From Deltaproteobacteria bacterium (GTDB taxonomy: Bacteria > Myxococcota_A > Polyangia > JAAYKL01), in contig JAFGWT010000062.1 of assembly GCA_016937015.1 (NCBI GenBank), forward strand, positions 2,609 through 66,608: 64,000 nucleotides of DNA, in the 5' to 3' direction. Positions 26,906 through 37,312 of the stretch are shown here, one piece after another (position 1 is the stretch's first letter; the number at the start of each line of letters is the position of its first letter). The translations under genes and the position numbers were made by a program. The notes below the pieces were generated by a model. It was not told the DNA's origin. It made no database searches and worked only from the letters and a program-made list of their open reading frames with translations.

Positions 26906-28021
26906 TTGACAGTAAACCAGCTCACATATTTTGGTATCCTTCGCGCTCCCACCAGTTGGGCCAAAGTCTGCCGCGAACTGGTCAACGCTCTGGCTCACAT
27001 GAAGCTGGACCTCAACATTTTTGAGCGAAAAGGATTTCTCTATGATTCAAACTTCGCCATCGCGGATGAGGTGGAATCGCGCATCACCAATCAGTTTCGC
27101 AACGACGTGGTATTCACGTTCGAGCATCCATCCACCTACCACATGCTTGAAGGCCGTTACAAAGTAGGGATTTTGACCTATGAAAGCACCGTTGTCCCCC
27201 CACTCTGGATAGAAGAGGCAAACAAACATCTCGACCTGCTGCTGGTCTCGTCCACATTCTGCCGTGATATTTTCGTGCAGTGCGGCATGGACGACGAAAA
27301 AATCGACATTCTTCACTACGGGTATAACCCCGAAATATACACACCGACAGGGCCGGCGATGGACCTGTCAAGAGAGACCGACAGGAACTTTAAATTTTTG
27401 GCGGTGGCATCACCCCACAAGCGAAAAGGGCTCGAGACCCTTCTGCAGGCATACCGCAATGCCTTTACCGCTGACGATGACGTCGTGCTTATCGTCAAAA
27501 TCAACTACATCCCCAAAAAACGGGGCAAACCGTTTGAGTATCGAGACATTCACGGGATGTTTGATACGTTTAAAAAAGATCGCTCTGCGCCGCAGGTGAT
27601 ACTCATGGATACATTCTTTTCGGAACATGACATTGCCGCATTGTACCGCAGTGCGGATTGTCTGGTCTCAGCGACACGCGGAGAGGGTTTTGGCATGGTT
27701 TATCTCGAGGCGCTGGCATGCGGTTTGCCGGTAATGGTCACAGGCTGGAGCGGCCACATGGACTTTCTCAATCACGAAAACGCAACGCTTATCGACTATC
27801 AATTGCGCACTGCAGGTGAAATCCAATACGATTGCAACTCCCAAAAAGCCAGAATCGCCGAGCCCGACGTGCATGACTTCAGCCGGAAACTGTTTTTGGC
27901 GATGAAAAATCCAAGGACTATCCGCTATGCGCCCGCCGATCGAAAATTCGAATGGCACAATCTGGCAAATCATTTCCTCGATACCATCTCAAAGCGGATT
28001 GCACAGACGCCAGTCAGTTGA
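26906..28021 (+). CDS. Glycosyltransferase family 4
   Basis: RKGLETLL.AY, SATRGEGFGMVYLEALACGLPV (EX7E). TTG start preceded by AAGGA. Confidence 0.85.
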   Translation: MTVNQLTYFGILRAPTSWAKVCRELVNALAHMKLDLNIFERKGFLYDSNFAIADEVESRITNQFRNDVVFTFEHPSTYHMLEGRYKVGILTYESTVVPPLWIEEANKHLDLLLVSSTFCRDIFVQCGMDDEKIDILHYGYNPEIYTPTGPAMDLSRETDRNFKFLAVASPHKRKGLETLLQAYRNAFTADDDVVLIVKINYIPKKRGKPFEYRDIHGMFDTFKKDRSAPQVILMDTFFSEHDIAALYRSADCLVSATRGEGFGMVYLEALACGLPVMVTGWSGHMDFLNHENATLIDYQLRTAGEIQYDCNSQKARIAEPDVHDFSRKLFLAMKNPRTIRYAPADRKFEWHNLANHFLDTISKRIAQTPVS

Positions 28022-29978
28022 TTGCATTTTCCTTAAGACACGAAAAATATTGTCTATCTTCGGTAAGAATATGCTGCACCACCACCTCAACTGCCAAAAA
28101 GTCGACCAGCGTTTCAAATGGCAATTCTTTTCTGTTCGCGGCATTGCGTAACTGTGACGCCCGAATGAGCAGTCGCTGATGTCTCTCCGCATGCGCATCG
28201 CGCAATGGCCATTTCTGTTGTTCGAGAATCTGCTCTTCATGAGTGAAATGCTCTGAAATATCGTTAATTAATATTTCGAGTGCGCCAAAAAACTGAGCGG
28301 GTTGGTGCTCCTGTGTCATCGCGGCATTGATCACCTGATTGGCCAATTCAAACAGATTCCGATGCTCCGCATCGAGTACAGGGTCTCCACTCTCGAAAAT
28401 ACTGCGCCATGACAGAACAAGTGGTGAATCCTGTTCGGGTGACGCCCAGGAGACAACCCGCGAATCCTTATCGGGAAATGAGAGCATCTCGACCCTGTTG
28501 CGCCCTGCCCGCTTGGCCTGATACATTGTGTCATCACTGAGTCGCATGAGTTCATGCTCACTGTCAGCATGATCCGGAAAGAGCGCTACCCCAATACTGG
28601 CCGAAATCTGCAGGGGCCCGCAATTGGTGAAATGAAAAGGCTTTTGAACAGCGATACGAACCCGTTCGGCTATTACCATCGCATCCGCCGGGTCTGCCAA
28701 ATCCGGCAGCAGGATAACGAACTCGTCCCCCCCCATTCGCGCCGCGGTGTCGTAGGCCCTCAGAGTTTCAAGCAGTCTGTTGGCCACCTCAGACAAGAGT
28801 CTGTCGCCTATGTGATGGCCAAGTTCATCGTTTACCGGCTTGAAATCATCCAAATCAATAAACAGAAGTGCGATTCGTCGATGTCTGCGCCTGGCATGAC
28901 GTATCGCCTGTCGCAAACGGTCATAAAGAAGCCTGCGATTGGGAAGTCTGGTCAATCCATCGTAAAATGCGAGTCTTCTGAGCTCATCCTCCGCACGCTT
29001 TCTTTCCGTTATGTCGTGGGTAACCCCCAGCAACGCTGACGGATTGCCACTGTCGTCGGGATGTATCGATACCACCAACTCAACGTCCACCACGTGCCCA
29101 TCCTTATGCAACTGCTGAGTTTCAATCGACCGATACTCCTCTCTGTTCAGATTTCTATCCCAATTTTTCAGCGCATCTTCCAGCATTCCCTTCACTCGAT
29201 TTTTTTCACCATCTGTAAACGCTGCCCACGGAGACTGCGCCACCGCTTCGTCTGGTGACATCCCCCGCAATTTGGCAACTGCCGGACTCACATAGGTCAA
29301 ACGCTGACTCGGAATATCCATCATCCAAATCACATCATGATTATGCTCTGCAATAAAACGAAAGCGTTCTTCGCTCTCTCTAAGTTCCAACGTACGTTCA
29401 TCTACGATTTTTTCCAGATTCTCACGATACGCAGCCAGCTCTCCAGCTGCCCGTCGCTGTCGCGTCACATCGACCGTTGCGATAACATAGGACTGCGGAT
29501 TAACGCCCCGGCCATTTATCAGTTCCACATATAAATCAACCCAAACCAGCTTTTCATGATTCCCCCGACACGGCTCAATCAGCACATAGCGGTTATCGCG
29601 GCTGCCGGCAAAACAGTCTTCGCCAAAGAGTTTGTTGCGGGCGGTATCTGAAAAAAAAATGTCGCCAAAGTGAAAACCAGGCGCCATTACCGCTTCATGG
29701 GTGTACCCAAGCATCTGACAAAACGCTTCGTTCGCATGAAGCATGCGCCCTTTGCAATCCACATGGACAAGTCCCACCGCTGTGTTCTCAAAAACCGCCC
29801 GAAAGAGCTCCTCGCTGCCAGCGAGTCGCTGAGTGACCTTTCGGATGCTGAACATCAAAATTGTCAGCAGCCCAATAACAGCGATGGAAGCGACCAGCAG
29901 CACCAACTGAATTCGTCCCACAGTGGCAGTCTTCAACTCAAATATCTGATGGATTGCGAGAAGGCTCATGCATGTCAC
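28014..29978 (-). CDS. TM-PAS-PAS-GGDEF-hemerythrin diguanylate cyclase
   Basis: Two PAS/PAC domains. DGLTRLPNR, DLDDFK, RAYD..RMGGDEF. C-terminal H...HFTHEE...HAERH...HILTED. Confidence 0.88.
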   Translation of the reverse strand: MTCMSLLAIHQIFELKTATVGRIQLVLLVASIAVIGLLTILMFSIRKVTQRLAGSEELFRAVFENTAVGLVHVDCKGRMLHANEAFCQMLGYTHEAVMAPGFHFGDIFFSDTARNKLFGEDCFAGSRDNRYVLIEPCRGNHEKLVWVDLYVELINGRGVNPQSYVIATVDVTRQRRAAGELAAYRENLEKIVDERTLELRESEERFRFIAEHNHDVIWMMDIPSQRLTYVSPAVAKLRGMSPDEAVAQSPWAAFTDGEKNRVKGMLEDALKNWDRNLNREEYRSIETQQLHKDGHVVDVELVVSIHPDDSGNPSALLGVTHDITERKRAEDELRRLAFYDGLTRLPNRRLLYDRLRQAIRHARRRHRRIALLFIDLDDFKPVNDELGHHIGDRLLSEVANRLLETLRAYDTAARMGGDEFVILLPDLADPADAMVIAERVRIAVQKPFHFTNCGPLQISASIGVALFPDHADSEHELMRLSDDTMYQAKRAGRNRVEMLSFPDKDSRVVSWASPEQDSPLVLSWRSIFESGDPVLDAEHRNLFELANQVINAAMTQEHQPAQFFGALEILINDISEHFTHEEQILEQQKWPLRDAHAERHQRLLIRASQLRNAANRKELPFETLVDFLAVEVVVQHILTEDRQYFSCLKENAIN

Positions 29979-30258
29979 TAAAAATTCTCATACAAAAGTG
30001 TGTGCCCAAATAACTGTGAGTCAATTAAAGGAAAATGATTTTCGCCGCTCTCGAGGGAATGAAAATCCTTCGGCAGTTCATTTGCAGCGAACTCGAAATG
30101 ATCTACATAAGATTAATCTTAAGCCTCAAAAAATTCAAAAATAGAATAACTTTACGTTGTCATTTTTCTTTCAGGTATCGGCAGATTATTTTCTTACCAA
30201 ATCAGACATTTTCGGATATGTTCCCGGCCAGTAACAACAATCTTTTTGGGAGGAAAGA

Positions 30259-30855
30259 ATGCGTAGTAGAATTACAGCAGCAATAACGATGTTTATCCTG
30301 TTTGCCAGCCATATCGCACTGGCAGAGGACGGCAGTGATAATTCGCAAAGCAATGTTGCCTATCCCCGGGCCGGCAATCTGGCCCTTGGATTTGAAATTA
30401 CTGACTTTCAGAATGATTATGGTCTGGGGCTGAACTTAACCACACCTTATTTTTTCAAAGATACTATGTCTGTTCGATTGCACGGTGGTATTGCGTGGTT
30501 TGAAGGCGTGGCCGCCGATGAGGCGCTCAACGATATGGACTCTCAGTGGATAAAATACTTTCCTGTTCGCCTGGGATGGGTTATCTCCGTGGGCCTTGGC
30601 AGCGGTCTGACCAGGCTGTATGCGGAAGCGGGCGGCCTCATTTATCTTGGGGCCAAAGACATTGCGAAAGACATTGTGGTTGGTGGATATGGACAATTTG
30701 GATTTGAATTTTTCCCGGCAATACTGTCTCCCGTATCATATTTCTTTCAGGCTGGCGGCATGGGTTCAAGCGGAAAAGGTACGGAAATCATGACTGAGCC
30801 AAGTGTTGGAAACGGTTTTATGATGGAAGTTGGTTTCAGATGGTACCCCAGATAA
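30259..30855 (+). CDS. Probable small outer-membrane beta-barrel protein
   Basis: Signal peptide (ALA/E), alternating Gly/aromatic strands, ends EVGFRWYPR. Confidence 0.55.
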   Translation: MRSRITAAITMFILFASHIALAEDGSDNSQSNVAYPRAGNLALGFEITDFQNDYGLGLNLTTPYFFKDTMSVRLHGGIAWFEGVAADEALNDMDSQWIKYFPVRLGWVISVGLGSGLTRLYAEAGGLIYLGAKDIAKDIVVGGYGQFGFEFFPAILSPVSYFFQAGGMGSSGKGTEIMTEPSVGNGFMMEVGFRWYPR

Positions 30856-30874
30856 CGAAGAAGGGTTTTTTGGA

Positions 30875-32557
30875 ATGACATCGTCTGCGGTTCTTGCAAT
30901 TGAAACTGCCAACCAAACAACACATATTACCCCACCGGGAAGTGGGCTGGTGATTGGCAGTGCCCATACCAGTGGCCTTCGCATTTCCGATAGCAGCATC
31001 CTGCCGGAGCATGCACGACTCTACAGGGATCCATTTGGCCGGTGGATTATCGAATCGGTACACAAGGAAGTGTTGATCAATGTCAATGGGAGACCCGGTG
31101 TTGCATTTTCAATTCAATCCGGCGACAGAATCCGTCTTGGAAAGAGTACACTTCGCCTGATAGACAACACAGATGCAAGCATTATCCCCAATGCGGTCAT
31201 ATCAACGCCGGTGAAAATAGACGAATCCAGCAGACCACAGAACCTCATGAACGAGGCTGAATGCTTTGTTGAATTTTCAAGAAACCGTCTTGAAGAACTT
31301 GATCGCATTGCGGATTGTCTCGCCAGGCTAACCGAAGCACAGGGACTCTATTCAACTGTTTGCGAACTCCTCAGCGAACCGCTCGACACGGTAACGCTTG
31401 TTGTTAAGGTCCCCAAAGACGAACACGTATCTGTAAAAAAATCAAGAGTACTGTGCCAGCGTGGAAAACTGATACACCCATATCATCACTCGTCTTCTCC
31501 AGCATTGCAAAGTATGCAGAATATCCATTTGTCCCGGACAGTATTGGAATCGGTGCGTAAAATCCGCAAGGCATTTATGGCCACTTCCATACTTGACGCA
31601 AACAGCGACAACGACGCGCGCCTGTCGTTTATTGATGATACCGCACCGCGAATGGTTCTTGCCGCACCGATTGCTGAAACATCCACGGGAATCGATATGC
31701 TATACATTGACCAACCGGCAATGGCCTTCAGAGGGGATGCGCTGGGATTCTTTGCAGTGGTTGCGCGCATGATCAGCTTAAGTCGAAAAAGTCTGATTAT
31801 GGCCGAATACAAAGCGGAGCGCACAGCACTGAACAATCAATTGAATACCGCTCTCGAAATACAATCAAATTTGATGCCGCAGAACCTCAACCTGTTTGAG
31901 GAAGTAGAAGTTGCTCTCTACTATAAACCCGCTGGTTGGGTCGGCGGTGATTATTGCGATTTGTACAAAACATCAGACAACAGACTGATGTTTGCCGTTG
32001 GTGACGTGTCTGGCAAGGGCATGCCAGCTGCAATGGTGATGGCAAACGTGCATTCCATGATTCGCTCCATGCTGCTCTTCAGTAACGAACCGACCACCAT
32101 CGTTGAAAAAATCAACACGATGCTCTGCGACACACTGCTTGATGGCATGTTCGTCACTCTTATACTCGGATTTATTGATCCCCGGACCGGTGATTTTGAA
32201 TACGTCAATGCGGGCCATGAGTTGCCGCTGAAAATAAGTGGCCACAATGATGTCGAAGTACTCGGCTGTCCAGTCAATATGCCCCTTGGTATTTCCCCCA
32301 ATACTTTTACAGCACAAACCGCGAAGCTCAGTGAGGGCGATGGTCTGTTTGTGTTCAGCGATGGCATCACGGACACATTCGCCCCCAATGAACAGCGATA
32401 CGGATACGACCGACTACTGGCCGCCATCAGCGCCGCAGCCCATCAGGATTGTCAGGCCATAATCAATCGCGTGGTCCATTCGATAACTCAATTTCGACAG
32501 AATCACCCGTTGGGAGATGATGCGACGGCGCTGATACTGAAACGACAAAAAAGCTGA
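30875..32557 (+). CDS. FHA-like/GAF-like/PP2C (SpoIIE/RsbU-type) phosphatase
   Basis: VGGDYCD, GDVSGKG, FVTL, NAGH, FSDGITD, DDATAL. Confidence 0.88.
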   Translation: MTSSAVLAIETANQTTHITPPGSGLVIGSAHTSGLRISDSSILPEHARLYRDPFGRWIIESVHKEVLINVNGRPGVAFSIQSGDRIRLGKSTLRLIDNTDASIIPNAVISTPVKIDESSRPQNLMNEAECFVEFSRNRLEELDRIADCLARLTEAQGLYSTVCELLSEPLDTVTLVVKVPKDEHVSVKKSRVLCQRGKLIHPYHHSSSPALQSMQNIHLSRTVLESVRKIRKAFMATSILDANSDNDARLSFIDDTAPRMVLAAPIAETSTGIDMLYIDQPAMAFRGDALGFFAVVARMISLSRKSLIMAEYKAERTALNNQLNTALEIQSNLMPQNLNLFEEVEVALYYKPAGWVGGDYCDLYKTSDNRLMFAVGDVSGKGMPAAMVMANVHSMIRSMLLFSNEPTTIVEKINTMLCDTLLDGMFVTLILGFIDPRTGDFEYVNAGHELPLKISGHNDVEVLGCPVNMPLGISPNTFTAQTAKLSEGDGLFVFSDGITDTFAPNEQRYGYDRLLAAISAAAHQDCQAIINRVVHSITQFRQNHPLGDDATALILKRQKS

Positions 32558-32602
32558 GTTGATGGATGTGAGTGGTTGAAAAAGAGTGAGTGGGCAATAG
32601 CC

Positions 32603-33649
32603 TTATGCGCCATCAGACTCACGTTCTTCGAGGATACGAATCACCTTTTTTGTAATTTTATCCAGCGGCAGGACATGATCCACGCCGCCAAAATCGATGG
32701 CCACCTTCGGCATGCCAAAGACCACACAGCTTTCTTCATCCTGTGCAATATTTGTGGCACCCTCGTTTTTCATTTCAAGCATACCTCTGGCGCCATCGCC
32801 GCCCATACCGGTTAAAATGATGCCAATTGCATTTTTGCCAGCCGTTTTGCTGACAGAACGAAACATCACATCCACGGATGGTTTATGCTGATTTACCAAT
32901 GGTCCGTCCTTTACGTCCACATAGTACCTTGCGCCAGAACGTCGGAGGAGCAGATGTTTGCTTCCAGGGGCAATCAATCCAACCCCTGGTACTACGGAAT
33001 CCCCTGTAACTGCCTCCTTTACCTGCATTGCAGAAACGGAATTCAATCTTTCAGCAAAGGACTTTGTAAATCCTGGCGGCATATGCTGCGATACAATGAC
33101 ACCAGGGAAATTGGCGGGAAACGTTCTAAACAGATGATCCAGCGCAACGGTGCCACCGGTTGATGAACCAATCGCCACAACCTGATTGGTTGTGCGCGAC
33201 AACGCTTTTGCACTCAGAACATCTCCCTTGCCAGGATCGGGCAATTTTTTCTGACGAACAGAAACAGTGGCCGCGATTTTAATTTTTTCAATTAATTCAG
33301 TTGCCATATCGCCCACTGTGTATGCGGCGCCAGGTTTGGTCATCACATCAACCGCACCGTACGACAGTGCATCCAGCGCCAACTGCGATCCCTTATTTGT
33401 CAAAGAAGATACGACGATGACGGGCGTAGGCATAAAGCGCATTATTTTTGACAGAAAAGTCACCCCGTCCATACGCGGCATTTCCACGTCAAGGGTAATA
33501 ACATCCGGCTTTTCCCTCACAATAATATCGCGGGCTACATACGGATTCGGGGCCGCACCAATGATCTCAATTTCGGGATCCTTTGATAGCTCCTGAGTGA
33601 AAACACTGCGAACGACCGCAGAATCATCAACTATGAGTACTCGAATCAT
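32603..33649 (-). CDS. cheB: Chemotaxis response regulator methylesterase
   Basis: REC domain plus the GSSTGG / QHMP / LTGMGGDG catalytic triad. Confidence 0.97.
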   Translation of the reverse strand: MIRVLIVDDSAVVRSVFTQELSKDPEIEIIGAAPNPYVARDIIVREKPDVITLDVEMPRMDGVTFLSKIMRFMPTPVIVVSSLTNKGSQLALDALSYGAVDVMTKPGAAYTVGDMATELIEKIKIAATVSVRQKKLPDPGKGDVLSAKALSRTTNQVVAIGSSTGGTVALDHLFRTFPANFPGVIVSQHMPPGFTKSFAERLNSVSAMQVKEAVTGDSVVPGVGLIAPGSKHLLLRRSGARYYVDVKDGPLVNQHKPSVDVMFRSVSKTAGKNAIGIILTGMGGDGARGMLEMKNEGATNIAQDEESCVVFGMPKVAIDFGGVDHVLPLDKITKKVIRILEERESDGA

Positions 33650-33674
33650 TTTTAGCCTGATTCAGTTTTCCATC

Positions 33675-34136
33675 TTAATTTCCGGAAACAAAAATGTCTA
33701 TTCTGTTCCCCTCTTCGTCTTCAAGGATGGCATTGCACCGTGACGAATTCAACGCAGCCATTTCTTCTGCGGCGGTCAGGCTAACAGTGGACGGAATCCC
33801 CAATCGGCAATGATTCTGTCCGCCCAACCAGCGCTCCAGGAACACGCCACATACAATATTAAGGATTTCAGAAACAGCTTCCACCGATTTCTCTTCAGCA
33901 TCCTCGTCGCTCGGTTCAATTCCAAGCAGATTGGCGGCAACGGTTTTGGCAGTAATTTTGTCAACAGCAAGCGAGAGGATGCCATCTTCCTGGCCGTTAT
34001 AGTGAATGGACGATTTGAGAATATCCGAATTGAATTGCAGCGATTCATCGGCTACCTCGGTGAAAATAAAAGCGGCATCCTCCAACACCTCTGACAATGT
34101 TTCAAACAGAAGTTCTGAATTCAAGTTAGATTCCAT
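33675..34136 (-). CDS. CheX-like chemotaxis phosphatase
   Basis: ANLLG...EAVSEILNIVCG (ExxN motif), within the che operon. Confidence 0.7.
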   Translation of the reverse strand: MESNLNSELLFETLSEVLEDAAFIFTEVADESLQFNSDILKSSIHYNGQEDGILSLAVDKITAKTVAANLLGIEPSDEDAEEKSVEAVSEILNIVCGVFLERWLGGQNHCRLGIPSTVSLTAAEEMAALNSSRCNAILEDEEGNRIDIFVSGN

Positions 34137-34139
34137 ATT

Positions 34140-34523
34140 CTACTCCTGATTTCCGAGCAGTTTGTCCACTACGCTCTTCATTTTCTCGGGTTTAAACGGC
34201 TTGTTGATAAAACCGGATACACCAACAGAGCTTAACCACTTCAATACATCCTCATTGCGCTCAGATGAAATTACAACCACCGGAATGTTATCGATCATTT
34301 GATTGTCCACCATCTCCTGAATCATCTCGCGACCGTCCATTTCGGGCATATTTAAATCTGCAAACACCATATCCACCCAGTTGTCGTCCAAAACATCCAG
34401 AGCGGCACGTCCGTTCGAAGCTTCGAAAATATCCCCAATTTCAAGTCCGGACATTGTGAGACATTTGGCAACCACCGACCTGATAATCGGAGAATCATCA
34501 ACTACTAAAAAATTGTATGCCAT
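34140..34523 (-). CDS. cheY: CheY-like single-domain response regulator
   Basis: VVDDS, FADLNMPEMDG, NKPF. Confidence 0.85.
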   Translation of the reverse strand: MAYNFLVVDDSPIIRSVVAKCLTMSGLEIGDIFEASNGRAALDVLDDNWVDMVFADLNMPEMDGREMIQEMVDNQMIDNIPVVVISSERNEDVLKWLSSVGVSGFINKPFKPEKMKSVVDKLLGNQE

Positions 34524-34539
34524 TTAAAACTCCCCAGTT

Positions 34540-35385
34540 TTACTTAAACATTTCTCCCATTTCGCGAATCTGTTCTTCTGTATCACTGCCAACAGCTTCA
34601 ATGGAATGAACATTGAATCCCAGTCTGGACGCCACGCGAGGGTCCACTGCGCGCGCCAACTCTCCCACATCAGCCCCATAGCCAAACATATGTGCCATGC
34701 AGTCGGCCAGGTGAACCAAATCCACCAACGCGTTATCTACATTTTTCATTGTTTCTGGATTATGATGCCATCGAGCAGTCCAGATAACAGAGTCAGGCAA
34801 ATCCCACTGTTTCGCGATTTCCTCACCCACTTCACTATGGTCAGTCCCCAGCATCTCTTTTTCCGCTTCAGAAAATGACATTTCCTCTGCAGAAAGCTTA
34901 CTGAGTAATTCGCTTTGTTCATCTTCCAAAAACTGGCCAATCGCAAGCTTTCCCAAATCATGCAGTAACCCGGCTGTGAAAAGCAGTCCAGGTGCCTTGA
35001 TATGCAACTCGACGGCGAGACGTTCAGCCAACACCGCCACCGCGATACTATGCAGCCAAAACTGCGAAGACTCAATACGATAGCCCGGTATGTGTGATGG
35101 AATAACTCTGGAGAAAGCGGCACTGGCAGCAATCTCAAATACGCGCTTATTGCCGAGTAAGGTAATCGCCTGCCTGACAGAAGTCACTTCCCGACGTAAA
35201 CCAAAATACGCGGAATTGGCCAGACGTAACAGATTGGCGGTCAACGACGGATCTGGTTTGATTACCGCTTCGAAATCTCTTGCAGATGCAGATGGATCTG
35301 CAATCAGTTTTGAGAGTTGCGCGACAGCAGTTGGCAACGTTGGAAGACTCTCTATTTTTCTTAATACCTGTTCTTTCGAAATCAT
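34540..35385 (-). CDS. HDOD domain protein
   Basis: LPTLP, DPSLTANLLRLANSAYFG, FWLHS, AGLLHDLGK, WDLP. Confidence 0.92.
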   Translation of the reverse strand: MISKEQVLRKIESLPTLPTAVAQLSKLIADPSASARDFEAVIKPDPSLTANLLRLANSAYFGLRREVTSVRQAITLLGNKRVFEIAASAAFSRVIPSHIPGYRIESSQFWLHSIAVAVLAERLAVELHIKAPGLLFTAGLLHDLGKLAIGQFLEDEQSELLSKLSAEEMSFSEAEKEMLGTDHSEVGEEIAKQWDLPDSVIWTARWHHNPETMKNVDNALVDLVHLADCMAHMFGYGADVGELARAVDPRVASRLGFNVHSIEAVGSDTEEQIREMGEMFK

Positions 35386-35906
35386 AGCACTTCCTCAACG
35401 CCTTTCACTTTTATCGTCACCCGCCCATCTGCAATACGCAATTTGGCTGTTCTTGATTTGGCGCCCCCGACGTCCTCCGCAGAAACAATAATATTGTTTT
35501 TCCAAAACATTTTACGCATGACTGTATAATTTCGCTTTCCAATATTAAACGTTCCCTTGTCATCGTACAATTGTCCCCCCCCCGCAACCTTCACAATAAT
35601 ATTTTCTTTTCTACAGCCGAGTTCATACATTTTTTCAAACAATTTCGGAATGCCGGTATCTGCGAACATTGCCGGATTGTTAGCCGCTTTCTCGGGAGAC
35701 TTATTCGATAGCGGCAGCATGTAATGAATCATACCCCCACAACGCTGCACTGGGTCGTACAATATCACTGCGATGCAGGATCCCAGAGCGTATGTTACCA
35801 ATGTGCTCCCAATATCATTTGATATCTTCATATCGGCGATATCAACAGTGATCAGTGTTTCCGCTTTGCCTTTTGCCATCATTTCAGGCGCCATTTGCAT
35901 CGTCAA
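35382..35906 (-). CDS. cheD: Chemoreceptor glutamine deamidase
   Basis: TYALGSCIA, GGMIHYMLP, FADTG, KVAGG, IGKRN, EDVGG. Confidence 0.93.
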   Translation of the reverse strand: MTMQMAPEMMAKGKAETLITVDIADMKISNDIGSTLVTYALGSCIAVILYDPVQRCGGMIHYMLPLSNKSPEKAANNPAMFADTGIPKLFEKMYELGCRKENIIVKVAGGGQLYDDKGTFNIGKRNYTVMRKMFWKNNIIVSAEDVGGAKSRTAKLRIADGRVTIKVKGVEEVL

Positions 35907-36715
35907 CTAACCTTTCTATAAACCGATGGTTTGACTGCCTTTAATCCGGTTGTCAGCCCAGCCAAAGTTTCGGAATGCCCGATTATGAGAAGCCCTTCCG
36001 GCTTAATCAGGCGCTCGACTTCACTAATCAATCGCTGCCTCACGACGCGGTCAAAATAAATCATCACATTGCGGCAAAAAACCACATCCAGAGGCCCTTT
36101 CATTGGATATGGCGGCGTAGCGAGATTAAGTCTTTTAAATATAAGCAGGTCTCTGATACCTGGCTTTGCCCGATACCATTTTTCATCGCCTTTATCCGTC
36201 TGCAACTGCTCGAAATAATTCATTCGCTGCTGACGAGAAAGCGCTTCAAGTGCTTTTTCAGGATACTCACCGGCAGAAGCGGTTTTAAGGACGGTAGTGT
36301 TTATATCTGTCGCAAGGATTCTGACGTCGGGCAAAGCAGCGCCGAATGTATCAGCAACTGTAATCGCCAGACTGTAGGGCTCCTCACCACTTGACGAAGC
36401 CGCGCACCAGATGCGAAACTTTTCACATCCATTTTTTTTCCAATGAATCAATTCACTCTCGAGTAATTCGAAATGACTCTTTTCACGCATAAAGTGCGTA
36501 AAATTCGTTGATATGGCATCCAGAAAGTGAATCAGTTCGTCGCCATTGTGTTCAGATTCGAGATACTGCAAATAGTCTCTCACGTTCGGTATGTTCAAGG
36601 CACGCTGCCGTTTTGCAACACGCGCGGAAACGAGTTCTTTTTTTTGCTCTCCCAGACTGATACCGGCTCTCTCGTATGCGATGTCCCGAAATCGATTAAA
36701 AATATTTTGTTGCAT
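35903..36715 (-). CDS. cheR: Chemotaxis methyltransferase
   Basis: STNFTHFMRE, IWCAASSSGEEPYSLA, ILATDI, FCRNVMIYFD, GHSE. Confidence 0.95.
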   Translation of the reverse strand: MQQNIFNRFRDIAYERAGISLGEQKKELVSARVAKRQRALNIPNVRDYLQYLESEHNGDELIHFLDAISTNFTHFMREKSHFELLESELIHWKKNGCEKFRIWCAASSSGEEPYSLAITVADTFGAALPDVRILATDINTTVLKTASAGEYPEKALEALSRQQRMNYFEQLQTDKGDEKWYRAKPGIRDLLIFKRLNLATPPYPMKGPLDVVFCRNVMIYFDRVVRQRLISEVERLIKPEGLLIIGHSETLAGLTTGLKAVKPSVYRKVS

Positions 36716-36871
36716 TTTCCAAAACCCGTCGTTGTTCAATAACTTTAACGACAGAAAGCCGATTTTGATTAAGAGTGGAAAAGATTCATTCATGAACTTT
36801 TATTATTTAGTTTTATTATCAGGTGCCGTTTATGTAAAATGCCAGATGTAACATCAAACTGGGGGTATCCA

Positions 36872-37270
36872 ATGTCATTAGTACTGGTTGCAGAAGACGA
36901 TGTTGTATCGAGACTATTGATCTCGGAAACAATTAAAAAGCTTGGACATGTGCCAATAAAAGCCGGCAATGGTAAAACGGCCTTTGAGTTTCTGGAAGAA
37001 AATCCCGATGACATAAAGGTAATTGTGACCGATCTGATGATGCCGGAAATGGATGGGTATCAACTCATACAAAAAATAAACGGGGATTCCCGTTACAAAA
37101 ATATACCGATAATCGTTCAGTCCGCTTATCTTGGCGTGAAAGCAACTGCGCGATTAATGGAGGAAGGCATAGAGTACGTGATGCCCAAACCGATTAACAC
37201 CCAGGACCTTGAGCATTACCTGCGCATCCTCCTAAACGAAGATGGCAATGGCGTAAACAGCTCAAACTGA
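36872..37270 (+). CDS. Single-domain response regulator
   Basis: VAEDD, VTDLMMPEMDG, PKP. Confidence 0.85.
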   Translation: MSLVLVAEDDVVSRLLISETIKKLGHVPIKAGNGKTAFEFLEENPDDIKVIVTDLMMPEMDGYQLIQKINGDSRYKNIPIIVQSAYLGVKATARLMEEGIEYVMPKPINTQDLEHYLRILLNEDGNGVNSSN

Positions 37271-37312
37271 AAATCACCACTGCATTTATTTTTGAAATAA
37301 TTGCGAATCGCT

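Noticed and set aside
16648..29978. Hypr (cGAMP-forming) GGDEF enzymes
   Set aside because: Both GGDEF domains keep the Asp in GH..GD (GHAAGD, GHHIGD), which predicts ordinary c-di-GMP synthesis.
30035..30286. 83-aa ORF in the AT-rich divergent spacer
   Set aside because: No motifs, and it overlaps the next gene's start out of frame. It is likely promoter DNA.
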